Shown here: piece after piece, positions 50,262-58,556 of the stretch
Numbering within the stretch: the first letter of the stretch is position 1
Layout of the letters: each line of letters starts with the position of its first letter
Made by a program: the position numbers and the translations under genes
Assembly: GCA_047947115.1 (NCBI GenBank)
Contig: CP170459.1
Coordinates: forward strand, 224,001-288,000
Length of the DNA: 64,000 nt
Source: Verrucomicrobiota bacterium
GTDB taxonomy: Bacteria > Verrucomicrobiota > Verrucomicrobiia > Limisphaerales > AAA164-E04
Direction: 5' to 3'
Notes under the pieces: model-generated
Databases searched by the model: none
Seen by the model: the letters and a program-made list of their open reading frames with translations, nothing else
Told to the model about the DNA's origin: nothing

Positions 50262-51269
50262 ATGCCCACCATGCCACCCAACGAAACCATCGAAACGTTT
50301 GAAGGCGCCGACAAGCAGGCTCACTGGCGTCGGTTCGAGGAAGCCACCAGCCGCTTGCGCAAACGCCGGAACAAGACGTTGCGCGATCTTTCTGAAACAG
50401 AACTCATAGCCTTCTTTGACCAATATCAATCCATCACCGCCGACCTGGCGCGTGCGCGATCGCTTGGTGCTCCCGATTCGGTTGTGGACCGGCTCAACCG
50501 CATGGCCGTGACCGGACATATGATCTTGTATGGATACCCCAAAAAATCGAACCCCACGAACAAAGGAGCCTGGTGGCATGCCTTCGCACGAGTCGTGCGG
50601 CAGCACCTGTGGGCATTGGGGCTCTCTTGCATCCTATTCTTTGGCACGGCGGTGGTGACTTACTTTTCCGTATTGAACAACCCGCAGCTCGGATTCGATC
50701 TCGTCCCGGATGAATTCCTGCACTTCAATCCCGCCAAGGAAGACAACATGCACGACATACCCAGTCTGTCACGCCCGATAGCGGCATCCAGCATCATGTC
50801 AAACAACATCCAGGTCTCGCTCCTTGCCTTTGGAATGGGCCTCACCGCCGGCATCGGCACCGCCACCATTTTGATTTTTAACGGCATGCATCTGGGAGCC
50901 ATTGCAGGTTGGTTTGCCGTGCAGGGAAACAGCCGTTCGTTGTGGGGATGGATCATGCCACATGGGGGCGTTGAACTACTTGCGATCAGTCTTGCCGGAG
51001 CGGCCGGTTTTCTGCTGGCAAGGGCGATCTACTGCCCGGGCCAGGTCCGGCGTCGCACCGCGCTCAAACAAATCGGCCGCTCAGCGCTGGTCATGGAACT
51101 CGGAGTCATGGTGATGCTGGTCTTTGCCGGTCTGATCGAAGGGTTCGTTTCTCCCAGCGCCATCGGATACCATACACGGATGGCGGTTTTGGCAATCACC
51201 CTCACGATTTGGACGGGTTACTTTGTAATGGCTGGAAGAAACGAATTTAAAATAGTGAATAGTGAATAG
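50262..51269 (+). CDS. Stage II sporulation protein M (DUF95) family membrane protein
   Basis: Y....ADLARARS, NNIQVS..AF..G, FNG..LG, IMPHGGVEL, AGLIEGFVSP. Confidence 0.9.
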   Translation: MPTMPPNETIETFEGADKQAHWRRFEEATSRLRKRRNKTLRDLSETELIAFFDQYQSITADLARARSLGAPDSVVDRLNRMAVTGHMILYGYPKKSNPTNKGAWWHAFARVVRQHLWALGLSCILFFGTAVVTYFSVLNNPQLGFDLVPDEFLHFNPAKEDNMHDIPSLSRPIAASSIMSNNIQVSLLAFGMGLTAGIGTATILIFNGMHLGAIAGWFAVQGNSRSLWGWIMPHGGVELLAISLAGAAGFLLARAIYCPGQVRRRTALKQIGRSALVMELGVMVMLVFAGLIEGFVSPSAIGYHTRMAVLAITLTIWTGYFVMAGRNEFKIVNSE

Positions 51270-51410
51270 TAAATTGGAGACAGGTGGCAGAATGGTTCAG
51301 GGCTTTGCTTAGTTTCCCGCTGTCTGGATACCATGAGGTTTCCCGCCGAGACGACACGATTTACCTGCTCCCAGCCAATTTACTATTTTAAATTCACTAT
51401 TTACTATTTG
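51243..51410. repeat. Element bounded by inverted AATAGT(G/A) heptamer repeats
   Basis: Left GAATTTAAAATAGTGAATAGTGAATAGTAAATTGG; right reverse complement AAATAGTAAATAGTGAATTTAAAATAGTAAATTGG; related tracts at 28922-28954 and 61274-61389. Confidence 0.65.
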
Positions 51411-52498
51411 GAACTGCTTCGCTCGGCGAGCCATTCGCATACGGCTGGCCAGGTTTCACGCTGAGCTTTACCTCCGACAGCAAGGCCGATGTGACCCGCC
51501 GGGACCAGCATGGTTTTGCGGTCATTGGATCCTACGAGATCGTTCAGAGCCAGTGATTGGGAACACGGCACCAGATCATCCCCTTTTGCGACAATGTTCA
51601 GCAAAGGACAGGTCACGTCCTTCAATCGGACCCGCTGATTGCGGACGTGAAGTTCGTCTTTAACCAATTGATTTTTCTGGTAGAGCGATTTGACGAATTC
51701 GCGAAAAATTTCGCCTGGCACAGATATGTTATCGTTCAACCAGGTTTCCATCGTCAGGAAATCTTCTACGAATTTGTCATTGTGGACGTTCTCCATGAAG
51801 TTGAGTGGTTTCTCGACCAGGTTTCCCACCGGCTTCAACATGAGAAAGCTGGACTGCAAAAATTCAGCAGGACAATTTCCGAAGGTATCCACGAACTCAT
51901 CCACATCAAAATAGTTCGGATCCGCCCACAGGTTGAGCAGGCCTTCCCTTGTTGAAAAATCGATACCTGCCGCCATCAGCATGAGGTTTGCCACCCGTTC
52001 GCGATGCAGTGCTGTATAGATCGTGCTCATGGTGCCCCCCATGCAGTAACCTAAAATGCTGGCCTTTGAACTCCCGGCGCGTTCGCAAACAAAATCCACC
52101 AAACCGTCCATGTAACGATTGATGTAGTCATCCAAACCCAGGTATCGATCTGCCAATGTCGGACTGCCCCAATCAATGAGATAGGTATCAAACCCGGCAT
52201 CCACAAAATGTCGAATCACGCTCCGTCCTTCCTTCAGGTCCAGAATATAAGGACGGTTCACCAAAGCAAATACCACCAGCAAAGGTGTCTTGTGTTTGAC
52301 GGGTTTGTTGGACGGATAATGGAGCAGCTTGATGTGATCCACACGGTGAACCACTTCAGAAGGTGTGGCGCCTTTGGTTACTTTGCGGGCCTTTTCAGCA
52401 ATCAGGGGCAAGCGCGACCATCGTTTCATCTGGGTCATTCCTTCTTCAGCAAAAGCAGCCTGCCACTTGAGCCAGGGATTTTCGATCGTTGTCTCCAT
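51404..52498 (-). CDS. phaC: Class III/IV-type PHA synthase catalytic subunit
   Basis: 364 aa; PLLVVFALVNRPYILDL, YLIDWG, PhaC box GYCMGG, Asp in DDLVP, His in GHIGL. Confidence 0.93.
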   Translation of the reverse strand: METTIENPWLKWQAAFAEEGMTQMKRWSRLPLIAEKARKVTKGATPSEVVHRVDHIKLLHYPSNKPVKHKTPLLVVFALVNRPYILDLKEGRSVIRHFVDAGFDTYLIDWGSPTLADRYLGLDDYINRYMDGLVDFVCERAGSSKASILGYCMGGTMSTIYTALHRERVANLMLMAAGIDFSTREGLLNLWADPNYFDVDEFVDTFGNCPAEFLQSSFLMLKPVGNLVEKPLNFMENVHNDKFVEDFLTMETWLNDNISVPGEIFREFVKSLYQKNQLVKDELHVRNQRVRLKDVTCPLLNIVAKGDDLVPCSQSLALNDLVGSNDRKTMLVPAGHIGLAVGGKAQRETWPAVCEWLAERSSSK

Positions 52499-52539
52499 GA
52501 TTCAAAACTTTCGGATAGTGGTTTTAGCGCTGACGTAAA

Positions 52540-53061
52540 CTACCGGGACCTTTTACTGCTCGCCGTCTTCTTTTTGGTTACCACCTTTTTCTTGGCCACG
52601 GCTTTTGCACTACGAGCTGCCGCTTTCTTGGCGGACTTCGGTTTAGGGGGCGAAGTTTTGGGATTCAGCTCATCCAGCCGTTCCTCCAAACGGTCCAGAC
52701 GCGCATGCACATTGGCTTCCATGCGCCCGACAGCAGCCATCAATGCGCGCAGATCTTCTTTGGAAGTTCCCTGCATTTCATCGTGGGCTTTGACGAGAAA
52801 CTCGTTGGTCATTTTCTTGAAAGCAATGGCGCTGTCCATGGTTTGTTTCATGGAACTCAGAAATTCCGGCGAACGCATGAATTCCTCCCAAGTTTTCCCC
52901 AGAGCCTGAAACATGCTGCTGCGCATTTGGCGCATGAACTCAGGTGGGGCCGAATCCGGGGAAAATTGAAAAGCACCCTGTGTCATTTTGGAAAAAGTAT
53001 CCGACCAAATCTTTTGAAAAGCTGCGGCCTGTTCCCAAGGTGTATCTTTACCATCACTCAT
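52540..53061 (-). CDS. phaE: Putative PHA synthase second subunit (short PhaE / class IV PhaR-like) with a Lys/Ala-rich tail
   Basis: Directly upstream of phaC; FMRSPEFLSSM...TSKEDLRAL...LDRLEERLDEL coiled coil; tail KKAAARSAKAVAKKKVVTKKK. Confidence 0.65.
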   Translation of the reverse strand: MSDGKDTPWEQAAAFQKIWSDTFSKMTQGAFQFSPDSAPPEFMRQMRSSMFQALGKTWEEFMRSPEFLSSMKQTMDSAIAFKKMTNEFLVKAHDEMQGTSKEDLRALMAAVGRMEANVHARLDRLEERLDELNPKTSPPKPKSAKKAAARSAKAVAKKKVVTKKKTASSKRSR

Positions 53062-53101
53062 ATTCTTCTCCAGGTTCCAGTATTGTTTAGAAAGCGCCTC
53101 C

Positions 53102-54286
53102 TCAGGACACCACCCGCTCCACCATCATGGCAACAGCTTCGCCTCCACCGATGCAGAGCGTATCCACCCCGATGGCCCCATTGGTTTGATTTAAAGCATT
53201 CAGCAAGGTAACCAAAGTGCGAGCTCCACTTGCGCCGATGGGATGCCCCAAGGACACAGCACCCCCAAGGATGTTGACTTTATCTTCGGGAAGTTCCAGG
53301 TCCTTGATGGCTGCCATGGCCACTACGGCGAAGGCCTCGTTCACTTCAAAAACATCCACCTCCGAAACTGACTTGCCTGTCATGTCCAGCAACTTCCGAA
53401 CTGCGTGAATCGGAGCCAATGTAAACCATTCGGGTTCAATTGATGCGGTAGCATAACCCAATATACGCGCCTGAATCTTCAATCCAACCGCGTGAGCGAC
53501 TTCCTCTGAACAAACCACCACCGCCGCTGCGCCATCATTGATGCTCGAAGCGTTCCCGGCCGTCACCGTGCCGTCCTTACCAAAAGCGGCGCGCAAGCTT
53601 CGCAGTTTCTCTTCATTGAAGACGGCAGGTCCTTCATCGACCTCAACCATGACCGATCCCTTTCGGGATTTCACCTCAACCGGCACGATTTCATTTTTGA
53701 AGACACCTTCCTCTGCAGCCTTCCGAGCCCTCTGGAAACTGCGCACCGCATAGTTGTCCTGATCCTCACGTGTAAACGCATACTTCTCGGCACATTGATC
53801 TCCACACATCCCCATGTGCTTGTCATGATAAACATCCCATAAACCGTCACGAATCACCGAATCAACCAATTGACCATGCCCCAACCGGTAACCCGAACGC
53901 GCTTTATCCAACAAATAGGGAGCCATTGACATATTCTCAGCCCCTCCGGCGACGATGAGGTCGGCGTCCCCGCACCGGATAGCCTGCGCCGCCAGCATCA
54001 CCGATTTCAAACCGGATCCACACACCTTGTTGATCGTGGTTCCTCCCACGTTCACGCCAAACCCGGCTTTCATCGCCACTTGACGTGCCATGTTCTGCCC
54101 CTGGCCTGCGCTCAGGACATTGCCAAATATCACTTCATCAACATCTGATGGCGATGCACCTGCTCTTTCCAGAGCATTCCGGGCAACCAACGCCCCTAGT
54201 TCACTCGCTGCCACAGTGGATAAGGAACCGGAAAAAGAACCGATGGGGGTGCGACAAGCTCCGCACAAAACGATGGATTTCATCAT
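53102..54286 (-). CDS. phaA: Acetyl-CoA C-acetyltransferase (beta-ketothiolase)
   Basis: RTPIG, NKVCGSG, NEAFA, GHPIGASG, CIGGG; inside the PHA cluster. Confidence 0.93.
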   Translation of the reverse strand: MMKSIVLCGACRTPIGSFSGSLSTVAASELGALVARNALERAGASPSDVDEVIFGNVLSAGQGQNMARQVAMKAGFGVNVGGTTINKVCGSGLKSVMLAAQAIRCGDADLIVAGGAENMSMAPYLLDKARSGYRLGHGQLVDSVIRDGLWDVYHDKHMGMCGDQCAEKYAFTREDQDNYAVRSFQRARKAAEEGVFKNEIVPVEVKSRKGSVMVEVDEGPAVFNEEKLRSLRAAFGKDGTVTAGNASSINDGAAAVVVCSEEVAHAVGLKIQARILGYATASIEPEWFTLAPIHAVRKLLDMTGKSVSEVDVFEVNEAFAVVAMAAIKDLELPEDKVNILGGAVSLGHPIGASGARTLVTLLNALNQTNGAIGVDTLCIGGGEAVAMMVERVVS

Positions 54287-54355
54287 GGACCTGACTGGAT
54301 AGAGGTTCAACTGGTATTAAAAACACGCAACAATTATTACGAACTCGCGCATACG

Positions 54356-54808
54356 TTATTTGACACCAACCGCACTTGGCATGTTTTCAGTCCATTTCAT
54401 CCAGGATTCGATCATCTGGTTATTTGCTTTGGTAAGCGATTTGATTTGTTCCTGCACAAAATCGACAGAATCCTTCATGAGAGTGTTGATTTTCTTTTGT
54501 GCTTCGGTGGGATCTTTTGCAGATGCAACATCCAAGGATTGTCGCATCATTTCCAAACCTTTTTGGGCGTTTGCATCCAGCGTTTTCAAGGTGTCATCAA
54601 ACTGTTTCTGAGCGGTTGGAACCGTATCTTTAAGTACTTTTTCCATCCCCTCAGTGACACCGGCGGCGTCCAGTTTTTGATGAACGAAATCAGTGACCAT
54701 TCGAGTGGCATCTTCTTGCCATTTAAGGCTCATTTTGAAAGCTTGATCGTAATTTTTGAGGGCTTGATCGAAGTATTCCGTTCCGGATTGTTTGGCTTTT
54801 GCAGTCAT
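54356..54808 (-). CDS. Phasin-like amphipathic helical protein
   Basis: 150 aa, all-helical character, Gln/Lys/Ala-rich (SLDVASAKDPTEAQKK); between phaR and phaA; assigned mainly from context. Confidence 0.6.
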   Translation of the reverse strand: MTAKAKQSGTEYFDQALKNYDQAFKMSLKWQEDATRMVTDFVHQKLDAAGVTEGMEKVLKDTVPTAQKQFDDTLKTLDANAQKGLEMMRQSLDVASAKDPTEAQKKINTLMKDSVDFVQEQIKSLTKANNQMIESWMKWTENMPSAVGVK

Positions 54809-54904
54809 AGGATTGTTTCTCTCTGAGTTGATGTTATCGAACCACCCAGGCCCTCTCCCTTCCCGGGACTTTCTACCGTCAAACGTCCACCAAAACCACA
54901 TCAA

Positions 54905-54934
54905 TGTCAAGTATGTGTTTTTGCGTTTGCACAA
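54905..54934 (-). promoter_or_regulatory. Candidate PhaR operator next to a TTGACA -35 upstream of the phasin-like gene
   Basis: Minus strand TTGTGCAAACGCAAAA-N8-TTGACA. Confidence 0.45.
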
Positions 54935-54951
54935 TTATTCTGTCCATTGCT

Positions 54952-55503
54952 TTACTTCCTGGACTTCCGTTCCTTGCTGTCCACTTTACCCTGAAGAGCT
55001 TCCACCTGCTTCTGTAGTGCCTCGAGCTGACTTTTCCACATATCGTTCATACCGCCACCGAAGCCCACTCCCATATTCATACCAGGCATGCCGCTTGCGC
55101 CCCATGGAAAACCTTGCTGAAAAAAAGGTGTGCCCGCCATGCCGGAGGCCGTTTTCATCCATTGATCGTAGTATTGTGAAAAAGCCGCCATCGGAGTTTG
55201 TATCTGACTCTTAATAAACTCACTGACCATCTTATCATTAAATCGAATCATCTGAACCAGCAGCTCCACCGGAAACACACCTAGTTTTTCCGCCTCATGT
55301 TCCAGGATAATTTGAGTGAGGACGCGGGCAGTGATATCTGTCGATGTTTTTGAGTCAACGACTCTCACAGATTGGCCACCACGGACCATGTCCCGAATGG
55401 CTTCCAAGGTCACATGGCAACTGTGTGTGGAATCGTAATAGCGGCGGTTGGGATACTTGCGGATTTCGACAGTCTCTTCTTGTTTTGAGTTTGCTGCACT
55501 CAT
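54952..55503 (-). CDS. phaR: Polyhydroxyalkanoate synthesis regulator (PHB_acc_N DNA-binding domain)
   Basis: IRKYPNRRYYDSTHSCHVTL..I..MVR.G..V.VVD.KT..DIT..VLTQIILEHE. Confidence 0.9.
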   Translation of the reverse strand: MSAANSKQEETVEIRKYPNRRYYDSTHSCHVTLEAIRDMVRGGQSVRVVDSKTSTDITARVLTQIILEHEAEKLGVFPVELLVQMIRFNDKMVSEFIKSQIQTPMAAFSQYYDQWMKTASGMAGTPFFQQGFPWGASGMPGMNMGVGFGGGMNDMWKSQLEALQKQVEALQGKVDSKERKSRK

Positions 55504-55605
55504 GCAAAAATAATGCACTCACGCAAAAAGAAATGCAAAAAGAAACATTTCACACGTGCCAACGCCGTATTTACCCCCATTTAGCACCAATCCAACGCAT
55601 CTTCG

Positions 55606-55656
55606 TTTTGCATACGCACAAATTTATTTGACACCGATCAGGCTCTCTCTTAGGTT
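55606..55656 (+). promoter_or_regulatory. Sigma70-type promoter of the SDR gene with an upstream candidate PhaR operator
   Basis: TTTTGCATACGCACAA (55606-55621), TTGACA (55628-55633), 17-bp spacer, TAGGTT (55651-55656). Confidence 0.55.
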
Positions 55657-55773
55657 GGAAACACGGAACCAGCATGAACACTTCACTCACAAGGACCGGG
55701 CCTTTTACCACCCTAGCAGCTGACCCGGTGATGCATTCTTTCTGTCCAACTCAAATTCAACTTCAATGAAAAG

Positions 55774-56589
55774 ATGAATATACAAGATAAAGTCGGTGTA
55801 ATCACGGGCGCGGCCAGCGGTATTGGCCGGGCGTTAGCGGAAGAATTGGCGAACCGCGGTGCAAAAGCGGTCGGCATGGTCGACCAGAGCGATCAGGTTG
55901 AATCCGTCGCCAGGGAGCTGAATGATAAGGCTGGCAGGGAGATGGCCATTCCCTTTCAGGGCGATGTTTCCGATGAACATTTTCGACAGGAAGTGTTTCG
56001 CGAATTAAGAGCCAACCACGGGGTTGTTTCCATGTGTGTGCCGGCGGCAGGTATCACCCGGGATCGACTGGCAGTCAAATCAAACAAAGAAACAAAGGAG
56101 ATCGAGATCTATCCTTCCTACTTGTTTCGACAAGTGACCGAAATCAACCTGATCGCCCCCATTTACTGGGCGCTTGAGATGGTCGCGCAAATTGCTACCG
56201 ATCGAAAGGAACGTGGATTGAAGCGATGGGATCCCAGTGAAGGCATGCAGGGGGTTGTTGTCTTTATCGGTTCGGTTTCCTCATTGGGGAATAAAGGTCA
56301 GATCGCTTACGCGGCCACCAAGGCTGGTCTGGAAGGCGCCGCATCGACCATCATGAAGGAATCCATCTTCCATGGGGTGAGATCCGGGGTCATTCACCCC
56401 GGCTACACCAACACACCCATGGTACGCGCTTTGGGTGAGGATTTCATCAATGAGCATATCATCCCGCAGACTCAACTGCGTCGATTGATTGAACCCGCCG
56501 AAATCGCGGATGCCATCTGTTTCATGATCAACAACGTTGCCGTGAGCGGCTCCCTGTGGGCTGACGCCGGCTGGCATCCGATGGCCTGA
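55774..56589 (+). CDS. SDR oxidoreductase, probable acetoacetyl-CoA reductase (PhaB/FabG-like)
   Basis: TGAASGIG, AGITRD, GQIAYAATKAG (YxxxK), PGYTNTPM; divergent from phaR. Confidence 0.8.
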   Translation: MNIQDKVGVITGAASGIGRALAEELANRGAKAVGMVDQSDQVESVARELNDKAGREMAIPFQGDVSDEHFRQEVFRELRANHGVVSMCVPAAGITRDRLAVKSNKETKEIEIYPSYLFRQVTEINLIAPIYWALEMVAQIATDRKERGLKRWDPSEGMQGVVVFIGSVSSLGNKGQIAYAATKAGLEGAASTIMKESIFHGVRSGVIHPGYTNTPMVRALGEDFINEHIIPQTQLRRLIEPAEIADAICFMINNVAVSGSLWADAGWHPMA

Positions 56590-56592
56590 GGG

Positions 56593-57516
56593 TTATCGAA
56601 ATTGCCCGAGGAGGATCACTCCGAGCACGGCAATCAATCCGCCTGCGATGGATCGCCTGGTGGGGCGGTCCCCTTCCATCCAGGCGGATAATGGAATCAC
56701 CATCAAAGGTGTGGTCGCCACTACAGGCAGCACCAGTCCGCTTGGAGTGCTTTCCAAGGCCCATTGATAACACCCAACACCCAGACTGGGCCCGGCCAGA
56801 GCGGTCCCAACAATCCACGGGGCTGCTTTCCGGAGCGAGGGTCGGTCGTTTTCTGCTTTAGTGCTTGCAGCCAGGACAGATTTGCCGGCAGGCTTGCGTA
56901 GCCATCGCACCACACATACAGCGATCCAAGCAAGCAGAAGCCCTCCCAGAATGCGTTGATAGGCGGCTGTTAGACCATCAATTGCCAACCCTTCTTTGGC
57001 GTTGATATCGTAGGCCAACCGGCTCATGGCGGCCCCAATCCCCTGCCCTAGAGCCGCAATGATTCCGTAGATCACACCCGTTAAATTGAAGGAAGTCGCC
57101 GATGCTTCCTTGCGTTCGGGAAGCAGGGCCACCACCACCCCGAGCAAGATACAGGCAATGCAAGCCATCTGGGGCAGCGTTAAAACCGTCTGGATCCACA
57201 GCCATTCCGCAAAAGCGGCTGAAGGAGCGGCCACACAATGAACCAGCAGCAAGGTCAATCTTGATCCCAAACGGGGGAGTGCCTGATACAAGGCGAGGTC
57301 TCCGACACCGAAGCCAACCACGCCGCTCCAGAAAAACATGGCAAACCCCTGCCCCTGCAAACCTTGGGCAAAAAGGTGCGACCAGATGGCCAGCAACGCA
57401 GTTGCCAACAACAACCTCCAGAAATTAGCAGAAATCCCCCCGACAATGCGCGTCGCTTGGGTGGCAGACACAGCGGAGAGGCAGAAGAGAAAAGTCGCCA
57501 AGAGGGCCGGAATCAT
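56593..57516 (-). CDS. DMT/EamA family transporter
   Basis: About 10 hydrophobic segments; SGVVGFGVGD...ALPRLG, TTPLMVIPL...GD. Confidence 0.88.
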   Translation of the reverse strand: MIPALLATFLFCLSAVSATQATRIVGGISANFWRLLLATALLAIWSHLFAQGLQGQGFAMFFWSGVVGFGVGDLALYQALPRLGSRLTLLLVHCVAAPSAAFAEWLWIQTVLTLPQMACIACILLGVVVALLPERKEASATSFNLTGVIYGIIAALGQGIGAAMSRLAYDINAKEGLAIDGLTAAYQRILGGLLLAWIAVCVVRWLRKPAGKSVLAASTKAENDRPSLRKAAPWIVGTALAGPSLGVGCYQWALESTPSGLVLPVVATTPLMVIPLSAWMEGDRPTRRSIAGGLIAVLGVILLGQFR

Positions 57517-57571
57517 ACTGAAAAGTGGATAAACAAAAAGAGGCCGGTTGAACCCGGCCGCAATTGATACG

Positions 57572-57645
57572 TGGCTGTCCGGCAAGGATTCGAACCTTGA
57601 CCAAAGCCTCCAAAGGGCCTTGTGCTACCATTACACCACCAGACA
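57572..57645 (-). tRNA. tRNA-Gln(TTG)
   Basis: TGTCTGGTGGTGTAATGGTAGCACAAGGCCCTTTGGAGGCTTTGGTCAAGGTTCGAATCCTTGCCGGACAGCCA; anticodon TTG, encoded CCA. Confidence 0.96.
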
Positions 57646-57719
57646 AGCCGGTGGGTACATTAACCATGAAACAGAAAGGCGCAACAAAATTTGTGCCTGA
57701 AACTCATAAAAATCTCCAT

Positions 57720-58277
57720 TCAAACGATTCCACGAGCCTCCTTCCGTAACATTTTACCCGCAGCACGACTGTATGGATGTACTTTTTTGCAGGGTGCTCC
57801 ACCTTTCGAGAGCGGATACCCGGCATTGGCCCATGCAAAGATGGACCCTTCCAAATTAAACACTTCAGCGCCTACTGATCCCGAAAGACGGGCGGCAAGT
57901 TGCGAAGATCGATACCCGACAGAACAGTAAACAACCACCGTTGATGCGTTGCCGATGATGTTTCCAAACTCCCCGGCGCCCATGTTCGGATCGACCTGAA
58001 CGGCTCCTGGCAAGTGACTGAACAAATATTCGTCCTTCGACCGGACATCGAGAAGCAAGGGATTGTTACGGTTCGCATCGCTGAACCAGTCAATCAAATC
58101 ATCCGGATGGATTTGTGGAACATCCGGAAACCGGAATCTCACCGTTTTCTGTATCGCCTTCAGTGCAACGTTTCCGCCCCGATCAAACAAAAGTGAAAAC
58201 ATCGCAAACATCCCATAGGACCATGCAATAGCAAGGAAGGCTGATTTCCGAAAAGCTTTACTGACTCCCATATACAA
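57720..58277 (-). CDS. Rhodanese-like domain protein
   Basis: LLDVRSKDEY..SHLPGA, VVYCSVGYRS, NLEGSIFAW, KVHPY. Confidence 0.9.
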   Translation of the reverse strand: MYMGVSKAFRKSAFLAIAWSYGMFAMFSLLFDRGGNVALKAIQKTVRFRFPDVPQIHPDDLIDWFSDANRNNPLLLDVRSKDEYLFSHLPGAVQVDPNMGAGEFGNIIGNASTVVVYCSVGYRSSQLAARLSGSVGAEVFNLEGSIFAWANAGYPLSKGGAPCKKVHPYSRAAGKMLRKEARGIV

Positions 58278-58556
58278 AATGAGCTGAATTCTGTATCACC
58301 GACCACCAAAAATCAACCGAACATCTCCCGGCTTGGCAACCTGCCCCGCGCCTTCCATAGGGTTAGATTCTTGTTGCTTAAATCACAAAACCTGATCTAA
58401 TACCATCATTCCAATTGACGAAATGGCTGTGCAGGGCTGAGTGTGGATAACTGTATCCTTACAACAATTCACATACAAACCACGTTCTGCGGCCCCTGCC
58501 GGAGAGCCGGTCCAACCCATTGGGATAAATGAAAAGCAACAACATAAAAGGGACAT

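Noticed and set aside
58290..58556. Riboswitch upstream of the frameshifted secreted-protein gene
   Set aside because: Long intergenic region, but no match to a riboswitch consensus I can recognise; needs an Rfam cmscan.
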